NCBI GenBank assembly: GCA_973895155.1
Contig: OZ316895.1
Coordinates: 20,102,803 to 20,166,802, forward strand
Direction of reading: 5' to 3'
DNA from: Marsupella aquatica
Taxonomy: Eukaryota; Plantae; Marchantiophyta
DNA: 64,000 nucleotides
Part shown: piece after piece, positions 50,441 through 62,492 of the stretch
How the letters are laid out: each line of letters opens with the position of its first letter
How positions within the stretch are numbered: position 1 is the stretch's first letter
Notes under the pieces: generated by a model
The model's database searches: none
What the model was told of the DNA's origin: nothing
What the model saw: the letters and a program-made list of their open reading frames with translations, nothing else
Translations under genes and position numbers: made by a program

Positions 50441-51154
50441 TGTCGCGTGGACTGAATGCAAGGGTCACCTCGGGAAAATGGACTGTTTCTGGCTGCAATC
50501 CAGATGAGTGACAAACACAATTCGGGGCCCAAACTCAAACACTTTACTTTCTGGAAATCTTGTTATCAATACAATGGGTGCCCTTGGACGGGTCACTTGT
50601 GGAAGTCTGATCTCTAACCCTTCGACGGGCTACTATCTATCTTCCATCGGCTCTCGTCCACTCAAAGGCTATCAAGTCAAAAAATTCACGAAATCCAATT
50701 ACTCAAGTGCTCAAGCTCACAACTCAGAATCTCTAGCTTGCATAGCCAACGATCCAACACTCAGGTTCCTGGTCCACACTCGGCAGCACCTCAAACCTCA
50801 ATCCAAAATCTCCACGAATGATCAACTCCTCTGGACTAAGCTGAAGCCCAGCCCTCAAAAACGCCTCAAAAGTAGCATCCCCGCCCGATGAGTCATCGCC
50901 AAACGGGTTCAGAACTCAACAGCCAGACTCTTGGTCGCGAGAAGACAAACCAACAGCCCTTCACATCTCAATTGCAACCAACTCCTTAACATCCGCATGC
51001 CCAAAACTCATTAGAAATGAAACACCAATTGTCGCTCAGAGTCGAGCTTGAAGTCGAAACAATTTGACTCCAAACCATTCGCAGCTCACAGAAAACAGAA
51101 TGCCAATCGACTTCCTCAATCCTGGTCGCGGCATGGAAACGATTTGTCACGACA
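50441..51154 (-). repeat. 3' LTR, with polypurine tract TTGGGGGAGAA immediately internal (51155-51165)
   Basis: TGTCGCGTGG...TGTCACGACA, co-linear with 57152-57865. Confidence 0.95.
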
Positions 51155-54100
51155 TTCTCCCCCAATAAACCTGAGCAGCCTCCAGTCTGCTCCACTTTAA
51201 TCAAAATCGTCTAAGTCTGAACCAAAATTGGAACTCAAACTTATCCCATGCGCCTGGACCACTTCTCCTTCAAGAAATCCAAAATCCAAGTCAGAATCTG
51301 CTTCAGCTTCCCTCTTTCTTCCTTTAGAACTTAAACCTTTCGAACCTGTCTGAACTCCCTTCTCTTTGCCCAAATCCGAGTCTAAGTCCTTTGAATGCGC
51401 CTGGACCAGCGCCTCATCTTCATTTTCACTCAAGTTGGAACTTGAGTCCATTCCTTTATCAGTTCTCCTCTTAAAGACTTTCATTTTTTTCCCTACATAA
51501 GGTACTTGGTGAATAGTCCCATCCAACTCTTGAATTGTATAGGTAGCATTCGGGTGAACAGTCACCACCACATATGGACCTTGCCACCTTCGAGCAAACT
51601 TGTTTCGGCTCAAGTGTTGCTCGTCCAACTTGCTTTCGTAAATCAAAACCCAATCTCCTTCCTTAACCATAACCGGCCTCAAACGATGAGTCCGATCGAA
51701 CCTTGCCTTGTTCCTTAGCCACGCCATTTTCAATTGTTTCCGAGCCACTTCAATCTTTGCAAGTAACAGCCCAAAATGTTTGATCCTTCGAGCCAACAAC
51801 TCTTCTCTCGAAACTTTGTCTTTCCAACCAATCAATCTCCAACTACAAATATCCTCCTCAAGAGGCATCATCGGCAAATGTCCAGTAAGCAACTCAGCGG
51901 GAACATATCCGGTAACAGAACTGCAAGTCATCCGATCAGCAAGCAAGGCAAGTGGAAGAAGACTCGACCACCTGCCAAGATCCCCATCACAGGCCTTTGC
52001 CAATGCACTAATGATATGAACATGACCTCATTCAGATTTTCCATTGCCTTCCGGATTGTAACTTGAGGTAAGCTTCGACTTGATTCGGTACTGGTTGAAA
52101 AACTCTTGAGCTTCCTTGGAGCTCAGCTCCCCCCTGTCAGCTCTCATCCTCATAAAACACCCATGTCTCGCAATGATATCTTCCAAAATGAACTGACAAA
52201 TAGCAGCAATCGTATTGGTAACCAAAGCTCTCCCTTCAACGTAAGAAGACAAGTCTTCTCTCGCCAAAACCAAGTATCTTGCCCCGTTGCTTTCCCTTGG
52301 CATGTACACCACATCAATTGCCCATTGAAAATGTAGCGCCACCGGGTAAGTCGGAACCAACCCATCTCTATGTCAGATCCTTGAATAGAATTGGCAGACT
52401 TCACAAGTCTCCACATAATCCTGAACACTCAAGTACAAACCAGGCCACCAATAAAGGTTTCTGATTCTGTCATAAGTTGCTTGAACCCCTCTGTGTCCAT
52501 CAACTTTTGCATCATGGCTCTCTTTGAGAATTTGATCCTTCTCGGCCTTTGTTCCCACAACCCTTTGAAGTAACAGTCCCGGCTCCTTCAATCTTCGCCA
52601 CAGGTATCCCTCCTTCAACAGGAACTTGTAAGACCTCTTTTGAATTCTCACAAACTCCTTGTAATCCCACTCTGGTCGCTTCTCCAGAGTCTTGATATAC
52701 CTTCCAACATCCAACAACTCTCCTGAATAGAGTTCCTCCTTAAACTCTAGCTTTTCGTCAGCTTCTGAACTGGCCGCCCTACTCACTCGAGCCTCGACCT
52801 CATTTCCAAACCTGGCTCTCAAGAGCATATTGGCAACCGGGTTATCCTTCCCAGCAATATGGCTCAACTCAGGGTCAAACATCCGAATGAAAGCAATCCA
52901 TCTAAGCATCGCTATATCTGGCGTATCACAGTTTGCTATCATTCCCAGTAACGATTGACAATCGGTCTCAATCACCACTGGGGATCCGATCAGGTAATTC
53001 CTCTCTTGATGGAGTGCCACTTTGGCACCCCAAAGCTCCCGTTTCACTTGGGCATATCTCCTTTGTCTTTCCGTAAAGATCTTTGCCCCAAATCTGATCG
53101 CATATCTTTCGCCTTTCTCATCGTCCTGTCCAATAGCCCATCCAGCCGCGAATGGGCTTGCATCAATGGTAACTATCAGCGGTCTCCCACACTCATAATC
53201 CGCAGGTCAAAGCACCGGAGGGCTCATGAGAGCACTCTTCAACCTTGACATCGCCTCTCTGTGCTCAGGTAACCATCGCCACTTAACTCGTTTTCTCAAC
53301 AACTCATAGAGCGGATCCGCAAGGTGCGAGAAATGAGGAATCCAGATCTTGTAAAACACACAAGCACCCAAAAACCTTCGAACCTCCGGTACCGACTCGC
53401 AATCCTTCATCTTACTTATAGCCATCACCTTATCCATGTTTGGCTTCCGGCATAAGCTCTGCACATCTGACCAACAACCTTCACCTCTCTCATTCCAAAC
53501 TCGGACTTCTCCCCCAAAAGAGTAAGTCCAACCTCAATGAGCTTCCCAAGAATGGCCTTGACATCAATAATGTGGTCCCAAATAAACTTTCGGATCCCAT
53601 CACTCCTCAAGGTCTCATCCTTAGCCTCATCCAAGCATCCCTTAATCGGAACATCATCAATAAACGGTCTCGCCTTTTCTGGAATGAACGGTTCCAGAAC
53701 TTTACTCATCGCATTCTGCATATGCGCCACTAAGTTAGTCGCTCCTTGCGGAAGCGTGCACATCCGCAAGAGGCCCAAAGGAGTCCTCATAGTTGTTATG
53801 TCCCAACTTTCTTGTGATAACTGGAACTGATCATAGCCCAAAAACAGATCACCCATTGAGTAGATTGCCCTTCCGGCAAACTCCTCGGCAAATTCATCCA
53901 CGAGTGGTCCTACTCCCATGTTCCTGATTGTCACTTTGTTCGGCAGCTGCATGTCTTGAATGAACCTCAAACTTCCATTCTTTTTCCGAACCATAAACCA
54001 TCTGTTCGAATATGGAGCATCCGATCTCTCGAGAATCCCAGTACTTAGCTTTTCATTCAATAGTTCCGCCAGCTTCGGAGCCAAAGCCTGCGGAACGGCA

Positions 54101-57100
54101 ATCGACTTCAGATCCCATGGAACATGCGGGACAGTGAAGATGACCATCGGTGTCACTTTACTTGGATCCGCACAACCAATCTCATCAATCGAAAACAAGA
54201 AAGCTTTGCCATGCTCCATAATCATCCTTCGAAATGCTTCCTGTTCCAACTCAGTAAGCAGCCCATCAAAACCAATTCTGAGCCTCGCTAGACTCTCTTG
54301 GGTAAACACATGCCCTATTCGACCCTCGGGTCTCAATCTTGGTTCCAGTCTGGCTTGTTCCATCACCTCCATTGCATTATCCGGTAATGGTATTGCTGCG
54401 GGTCTCACTTTCTTATCAATGGTCTTGTATTTTGTGTTCGAATGGACAATCTCAGAGATACTCGCTCAACTCTATCTCCATCTTCCCACTTTCCAAGTCA
54501 AAAACCACACTCTCGAGTGGCTCGTCGCATCTGGTTTCTACCAAAACCCCTTCCAGACTCTCATCATCGTCAAGCTCGTTAGACTCGGCCAAAGTCTGAC
54601 TTGCTTCTTTCACATATCTCTTGTGCCGCCCGGTCATCTTATTCCCACCAACATAGGTAACTTTGCTAGTTCAAGTGCAACCTACAAACAAACTGGAAAA
54701 ACACTCGTTATCCTGTGGAGCCAAAACACAAGCACTCCGCTGGTCCACGAACTTCAGCGGAGCGCAAAACTGTTTCCCTGTTCTCTTTCTTTGTTAGAGT
54801 TCCTCTCAACTTCAGTCTTCGGCTCTCGCAATTCCTTCCGGTTTTGCACATTTCCAGGGAACATAGCAGGGAACTGCACCACCTGGATCCCATCGCTACT
54901 CCGAATTTTCACCATATAAGTAGTATCATCTAGTACTTTGGTCTCCATTCTCAACGCAGTTATGAACGGCATGCCCAAAATGACTGGGAACGATAACAAC
55001 TCATGAACAAAAATATTACAAGGTTGGGCCACATTCCCGAACTTCACAACAACATCAGGACAGCCTCCCCAAAGGAAATCCCTCATGGAACTCACGGAAT
55101 TCACAGCCCAAACCAACTCCTTATCAATCATCCATTGCCCCTTTTCATAAACACTTTTAGACATCAAGTTAATCTCGGAACCTGAGTCAAACAAGGCCCT
55201 CACTTTGCCTTTCATTCCCCTTATTTCGCATTCACCTTCTGGGCAAGCCCTTGCCCAGTGCCCATCTCGGTAAGAGAAACCTTTCTTCGTCGTTCCAAAG
55301 CCTGCAAACAACCTTACCTGGACCTCAGGTGCTCGACTTTTGACTCTGGCCACGAGCCTATCGTTGAGCGCAACTCCAACTTCGCTCTTTTCAGCTTCCT
55401 CTTCGAATTTCTTGATCGCATCCTCAAACTCATCATCAGTTTCCGCATCAACAATGGTCGCATAAGTCCAAAATCCACCCAAGTCCAACCCTCGGGCCTC
55501 TCCCATCAAGGTATGAGGTCCCTCTTTGTATATCCATTTTCTCTTTGACCTCTCCAAAATGGCTTCCTGGATCTCTCGCTTCATGCTCCCAAATAACTCA
55601 GCATTGGAAAACCCTTGAGCCTACTGGCTCCAAAACTTTTTGGCCACCATTTCCGGATACATGGCCTGATCCAAATCTCTTCCGAGAACCCAACCCGGAT
55701 CCTTCCTAATTGGCTTTTCAGCAGTCGGTTGATTCTCGGTTTCCTCTTCTTCAAACCTTATCTTCCTCTCTCAATCACAAGGTTCCCTTCTTTCTCGTTC
55801 CCCCGATTGCAACGGGGTATCATCCTCATCAGTTTTCCTTCATTTAGAGTTCGCTTCTACGTCCCAAGCCGCTCCTACTTCCACTGTAATCATGTTGATC
55901 AGAATCGGGTCTTCCCATCTCGACTTCTGACGCACACAATCTGCCAATCTCTGGTAATATTCATCCGACTCGATCACAAGGTCATCCAACTTGATGTTAT
56001 AAATGTTTGCTTCCGCATGTGAAGAGGATGCCTCTCCACTTCCTCTCTTACCAGCTCGCCTCTCGGCCAATACCTTCATCCCTCCCTTGTTTGAACTGAA
56101 GGGAATTGGTTCCTCATTGTCCGGAAATGATATTTTCTTTTGCCCAATCTCTCTGGTGAACTTAACCAGCCCCTTATCAGCTACTTCCTTCAGATCCTTA
56201 CATTCCTTCTTGTCATGATCCTTACTGTCGCATCACATGCATGGCCAGCTCTGGGTCTCCCGTCTCCTCTCTGGGACGCTCCCAACCTTAGGCTTCTCAG
56301 CCAAATGTGCAGTCAGGATTTTCAAATTCTGCATCATTTCCGCAAGATCATCTATTACCGACAACGCTTCTTCCTTGGATAGTTCCCGTTTTGCCTTAGC
56401 CAACAACGGTCAAGCACCTTCAGCTCAAGAGTCGTGGCTTCTCTGTCCAACTCTCGCCTCCGGTGCCGATTGCTCACTTTCGACACCGCCTTCTCCACTT
56501 GGTTCCAATCATTTGAGAAGGTCACCCTAGTTGGTTCGAGCAATTCCATCACATTTTCCAACTCTTCCCTGAGATCCTCATCAGCTGCTCTCAAGAATAG
56601 AGTGGAGCGCTGCATCTCAATTATCCCAACATCCCTCTTTGGTAATTGGGACACCTTACGCTTGAACTCTCTTAGCAACTCTTGCGGACCTTTTAGCTTC
56701 TTATTGTGATCATTCACCCAATCAAGAAACGTGGCTTGAGTGACTCTATCTGCATCCTCAGCCTGGAACTCTTCCTTCATCCTGGAATCAAAATCATCCC
56801 AATTCTCAGCCGAGTCAATGATCAACTTTACCGTGGAGGTTAGCTCTGGCTCCACCAGAACCAGGAACTCCCTCATGGCTGTATCCTCACTGAACTTGTA
56901 GACAACTGCTTCTGTCAAGTAACTCTTCAAGTAACTCGTTACGTTCCTTCCATCAAATTGGCCTTTTACTTTCAAAACCTCTTGGAGACGACGAGTTGTT
57001 CTGCCCGCATCTTTGTTCTCTTTCTCAGCTTCAATCTCCTCTTTCCTTATACTCCGCATCATCGTCATGACGATCTGGGAAATCCGATCAATCTCATCGC

Positions 57101-57151
57101 TATCACCCATCTTGCCTAATTGCCCCAAGGTATCCCCAGTATGGTTGCCAA

Positions 57152-57865
57152 TGTCGCGTGGACTGAATGCAAGGGTCACCTCGGGAAAACAGACTATTTT
57201 TGGCTGCGATCTAGATGAGTGACAAACACAATTTGGGGCCCAAACTCAAACACTTTACTTTCTGGAAATCTCGTTATCAATACAATGGGTGCCCTTGGGC
57301 GGGTCACTCGTGGAAGTCTGATCTCTAACCCTTTGGCAGGCTACTATCTATCTTCCATCGGCTCTCATCCACTCAAAGGCTATCAAGTCAAAAAATTCAC
57401 GAAATCCAATTACTCAAGTGCTCAAGCTCACAACTCAGAATCTCTAGCTCGCATAGCCAACGATCCAACACTTAGGTTCCTGGTCCACACTCGACAACAC
57501 CTTAAACCTCAATCCAAAATCTCCACAAATGATCGACTCCTCTGGACTGAGCTGAAGCCCAGCCCTCAAAAATGCCTCAGAAGCAGCATCCCTGCCCGAT
57601 GAGTCACCGCCAGGCGGGTTCAGAACTCAACAGCCAGACTCTTGGTCGCCAGAAGACAAACCAACAGCCCTTTGCATCTCAATTGCAACCAACTCCTTAG
57701 CATCCGCATGCCCAAAACTCATCAAAAATGAAACATCAATTGTCACTCAGAGTCGAGCTTGAAGTTGAAACGATTTGACTCCAAACTATTCGCAGCTCAC
57801 AGAAAACAGAACGCCAATCGACTTCCTCAATCCTGGTCGCGGCACGGAAATGATTTGTCACGACA
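57152..57865 (-). repeat. 5' LTR, followed on the minus strand by PBS TGGCAACCATACTGGGG (57134-57150), resembling a mutated tRNA-Arg PBS
   Basis: Same 714-bp sequence as the 3' LTR. The PBS begins with TGG 1 nt inside the LTR end. The tRNA identity is an inference. Confidence 0.93.
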
Positions 57866-57869
57866 ACGT

Positions 57870-60240
57870 TCAGACCTGGAAACTACAAACTGCAACCAAG
57901 TAAGGAAATGGAGTCTAGCACCGGGCGCTAACAAAACTGAAGGCCAAGTGACGATTGAATACAAACAAATCTCTGTTACCCGTACAATGAAATTTACACA
58001 TCCATAAAATTGTAAAAAAAATAAGTTTTTTGTGCAACCCACAAAAGATTGAGCCGTGTTGAAAAGAAACACAAACGGGAACTTCGCTACAAAGTTAGAA
58101 AACTGTAAGACATTGAAGAACAACATTTCTCTAGAAACCAAATGTTGTTTACTAGCACCGGGCGCTAACAAAAAAAAGTTATCGTTACAAAATGACAAGT
58201 CCTACATACTCGTTGAACGTAAACTAGAATACTAAGCCTTCCTATAAACCATCAGAATTCTGCCTCCCTATAATATAACGCAGTTCAGGAATGGTAAGAG
58301 TCGATTGGCTTGGAAAGATATTGTCCATAGGATCAAGCTTGCAGATAACTTTGTAAACCCAGTACAAGTGTTTACATGGCATGAAAGGTTTCCCTCAAGA
58401 ATGTCGACGAAAGAAATCTTCACAAGAGCAACAAGGGAAAATGCAAATCTGCACCCAGTGAGTATTTGCAGTTCGTAAATGTGGATGTGTGCATATCTGG
58501 AATCGTTTCCCGTATGAATTTCCCGATGAAACTTCCATAGTTTTGATCAAAGTCATTGTTTCTTTCGTTGTTGATTCAATCCTTTTATGATATTCCTAAG
58601 TGAGATTTCATCTGGAGCTCATCGCACGCCCGTTTCTCGTTCAAAAATGGATGTTAACTTGTGCAAGATTGATCTTTTCAGGAAAAACGTCAATATTGAT
58701 TCTCAGTTCAAATGGAGAAGGACAACGTGAAACAACACCTCCTCTTGAGACTTCAATGCCCTGCTCTTGAAGGAAATTCAACTCCAGACTTGAAAGATGA
58801 GTGCCTTTTTGTACTGGCAAAAAGTCTGGGCAAGTAGGGAGGTTCACAATACCTCGACGAGGGCGGCTCTTCCAGCAATCATGAGTGGGGCAGAACCAGA
58901 CAAGCTTTGGATGGTGTTCACCTCTGAATAAGCGATAACCTTTGACAACTATTCCAACAACCCCTGCATTTGAAGGATATCCGACCTTCTTAATTTGATT
59001 ACGACACTCATCTTGATCACAACTTCCAGACAACGTCCCATTACACTGTGGTCCAGCACCGTGTCTGGAAACTCTCCGCAGATGCCAAGACCCGGGTACA
59101 ACGTCCACTTCAAAAAGCGAAGTGTCTATAGGAATGAATGGAGTGGTATTCGGAGCACTTTCTGGAACTTCGGAAGATTGAGTGACATGATGGGAAACTG
59201 GAGAGCCACTTTCAGACAAATCGATAATTGGATTTGAAGGAGGAGTTTTAAGTATCAGAATGTGCTCAAACTTGGATGAGTTCAAATTTCTCCTCTTGCA
59301 ACCTCGGGTGTTTGGCGTAGTTATGAGAACCGTGTCATGTCAATGGGAGTCTTGTGGAGAGACATTCCCGATCGCCGGACCTTTTCTTTTCATAGACTTT
59401 GTCACAAAATCCCCATTCAACGGAGAATCCCTCTCCAAATTAAAGTTTGCTGCATTTGCGAGTAACATATTAGAGGCTTCTTCGAAGAGTTTTGGGGACC
59501 CTGCCTGGTCAGCCGAACGAAAATCCAATTCAAACACTGTTGGACCGGTACCCCGATGGAGCCCTTCACGATATGTTGTATAGGCTGCTATTTGTGAGAT
59601 TGCTCTGTTGTGATCGGTCTTACATCCTTCAAACAAACCAACTATTTTCTTTCCCTGCCATGCTTTCATGATTCCGTGAACAGCTTCAGAACCAGTGCAA
59701 TTGGGAATCATCCCCCCTTCAAGTGCACTTTTGCTCTGAAAAAGAGTTTTGTCAAATTCAGTACAATATATCAAATAAAAGATAAAGCGGAACTTCAAAA
59801 TGGGCAGACGAAAGGTATGAATGTTTTACATGATGATTGTGAAGATTGAAGACGGTATCAAGCTATTCGTACGTTAGCGCCCGGCGCTGGCAAAAACATG
59901 AGTAAAGATCACAATTAGACAAGGGAGATTAATACTAGCGCCAGGCGCTAGTATACATTGACTCACCAAACGTATGAAATTTCCCCACTGACGCCACCTC
60001 ACAACCCATCAAGCAATCCATCCTTGCAACATTCTAAGTTTTCCAGGAATACAATTTCCAGATCTCCACCATGAATCAATCTCTCGTGAAACCCTGTAGG
60101 CTTCCACAAATGAAGCGGCATTCCGCAACTTGTCCCAAAGGATTTGATGTTCAACACGTTTTTCTTCAAGTACTCCTTCGATAGAGTGCGGATGCAAAGA
60201 CTAATAAAAGTGGATTGCATCCGATCGCTCTCTCTCCGGG
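57870..60240 (-). pseudogene. Intron-containing Mutator(MULE)-like transposase relic with a C-terminal SWIM zinc finger; continues at ~50181-50440 beyond the LTR insertion
   Basis: WDKLRNA...DSWW...GWIA*WVVRWRQWG and NCTGSEAVHG (third catalytic E-like motif). SWIM: PCCSCEDFFRRHS*GKPFMPCKHLYWV (~58360-58435). Donor GTGAGT near 59966 and acceptor near 59737. In-frame stops present. Confidence 0.65.
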
Positions 60241-61080
60241 TACAAAGAACCCCATCTTGCTTGGTAGGGCAGCTACAAACCACGCTTGACGCATAGCATC
60301 ATCGGTACGGGCTTGTATCCGTCGTACTAACTTCTGGAACCTTTGCAAAAACCTCCGTAATGACTCCTTCTTCTTCATCCTAAGTTGGCCCACCTTCAAT
60401 AGCGACGTGGCCTCCACTCCGATGGATGTGAACTCCTTCAAGAAGGCTTGCTTGAACAAAGCCCAATCGGCTTTTACGTTGGGCAACAACGAAATAAACC
60501 ATGGGCCTGCCTCCCCTCTCATCATTCCAGGAATGATAGTGAGCTTATGTGCAGACTCCCCATTAGCTTCGGCAATCCTTTCAAACTCCTCAATCCATTC
60601 GTCTGGATCATCTTTTGGTCTCCCCTTGAAGGGTACGTACTGAACACGGGTACATTGTGCAACTACCATCGGTGCAGCTGGTGCCTGTATCAACACAGGT
60701 GGTAATGGCGTACGTTGGGCCACCGGTAACAGCACCGATGATAGGTGTGAGACGATTTGTGGCAATGCAGTGAGCTCTGGAATGAGATTTTGTTGTAACT
60801 CAGACTGCACCAACACAAAGGGCTCTCCTTCTTCTAGCTCGTGATCTACGTCTGGCTCTTCGTCTAGGGGTATGGCCTCATTACGTTGAGCCTCTCCTGG
60901 TTGCACACCAACTTGTTCTTCCAGCACCAGTGGCAACCTCCTCTCTTCTGCAAGCCGTAAGCGTTCTTCGGCAGCAACACGTCGTCTGGTCCCAATCCAA
61001 GAGGGCCCCCGTTCTAGCTCGGGTAGTGGGGTACGTGTGTGTTGGGGACTTCCTCTACCTCCCCTTCTCCCTCTCGGCAT
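60240..61080 (-). mobile_element. Ty3/gypsy (Athila/Tat-like) gag, truncated at its 3' end
   Basis: FKGRPKDDPDEWIEEFE...RGEAGPWF...WALFKQAFLKEF...LRMKKKESLRRFLQRF is a retrotransposon gag pattern. The sequence switches to MULE-like near 60240. Confidence 0.85.
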
Positions 61081-61294
61081 CCCATTGAGACCTGCATTCC
61101 AAACTCACACCATTGTCTTAGAAAGCAATCTTTGTGAATATCAACCGTCGCACGATGCGTTGTGGTTGACGTACAATAACAAAGTAACCAACAAACTTCT
61201 CACGTATCAACCGTCGCAAGTTGCATTGTGGTTGATAGGCTTGAATTCCAAATAGACGTAGCTCCCCTCTTCGTGTAGTCAAACAAGAAGAAGG

Positions 61295-61313
61295 GTCCCC
61301 GGCAGCGGCGCCA
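61295..61313 (-). promoter_or_regulatory. Primer-binding site TGGCGCCGCTGCCGGGGAC (tRNA-Asp type, as in Athila-like elements)
   Basis: One mismatch from the well-known TGGCGCCGTTGCCGGGGA PBS; lies ~215 bp upstream of gag. Confidence 0.8.
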
Positions 61314-62492
61314 AAAACAAGGACCACACTTATGTCACTTGCCTATCCAACGATTAATGCATGCCAACCGTACTTTTCCTTGCTTAAACCGTTGGTATCG
61401 TATTACGGGGTCGTGGAGGGACGCTATTTGGAGGATTTTCACACCTAAGGATGAGTATATTTGATTCCGCTCCCGGAAGTGTACTTTTTGATCAAGTCTA
61501 CCGACTGGTCTCTCCGTTTTTGATCAAGTCCAAGGGACTGGTCCTACCATCTACAACTCATGCCCACCGGGTGAGTGCTGTCACCACCCCCCTCCTCTTT
61601 TGGGCAAGCATACCAACATTTACAATAAGATTTGAACACTAGTGACAAGGGCAAATGTTTCCACAACGACACCGACCACACACACTAGGGGAGGAAAACA
61701 AACAACACAAGCAACAACAAGTAACACACGAAATATTGGAACCTCAAGCCAAATCCATATCTCTTGGTGTTTCCCGTAACACATGCAAGGACAACCCGGC
61801 CTCCTGCCGTCTGCCCAACTCCTGCCTCCCGGGACAAGTGCTACGTTCTCCACCTCACTACTCTGGCTTGAACTTCTCCTAATCGGTGCGCTACTCACAA
61901 AAGCTACTCCAAAGCCAAGTACTATGCTGAGTTCCCCCCCTCACTACTCTGGGGCTCTCCCCCTAAATACCAAAAAACACACCAAAGCACCCCTCACGGG
62001 GCCACAACGAAGGCGGCTTACCCTAGCGGCGCCGCTAAACCCTTCACTAAGAAACCCCTAAACTAAAACCATGCGGCACACATATGCGTCTAAAAACCCT
62101 AAACCCTAAACTAACAATGGGGCCGACAGTGCCTTCGACGGTGCCCCAACGTTATTCCGTGAACCGTGAAATTGCAAGGAACCCCACAATGGCCGAAACT
62201 AGGCGCCCCTCCACTTGCACTTCTGAGTTCACCCCTGGATAGCTCTCCTCCTCCTGATCACGGATCACTTCAACCGCTCTCTAAACGGACATTGGACGAC
62301 CAAGTTATGACCGTTTCCGTATCCCGTAAACACAACTTCACCGGGCCATAACCTGCTCATCCTGGCTCCGTTTGAGGAGCGCCACCTCTTGTTGGAATCA
62401 GCTCCGCGAGCTCTTTCCAACAAGCCCGTGAGTGACCCCTCACAAAAAGTTGGAAAGTCCAGGGGCCGTACAACCACGTCCGTACGACCACT

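Larger units (their letters stand above)
50441..57865 (-). mobile_element. Full-length 7425-bp Ty3/gypsy LTR retrotransposon (non-chromovirus, Phygy/Selgy-like by resemblance) with stops and frameshifts
   Basis: 714-bp TG...CA LTRs and a 4-bp TSD ACGT (50437-50440 and 57866-57869). Gag starts near 57110 and has a C-x2-C-x4-H-x4-C knuckle (~56195-56240). Protease ALFDSGSEINLM, RT RPFIDDVPIKG, RNase H TIDAS, integrase H-H-C-C, WAIDVVYMP...DRGE...NGKSE and GPY. No chromodomain seen. Confidence 0.95.

Noticed and set aside
53960-54919. 319-aa plus-strand ORF as an antisense gene
   Set aside because: Shadow frame opposite gypsy pol, with composition typical of an antisense reading.
50508-57602. 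Two near-identical 127-aa plus-strand ORFs (50508..50891 and 57219..57602) as duplicated genes
   Set aside because: Both lie wholly within the two LTRs, start at GTG and have no recognisable domain.
61295-61313. tRNA gene fragment
   Set aside because: Only the 3'-terminal ~18 nt including CCA match, and its position before gag identifies it as a PBS.
62094-62111. Interstitial telomeric repeat (AAACCCT x2)
   Set aside because: Only two units, which is common as a telo-box or by chance in plant DNA.
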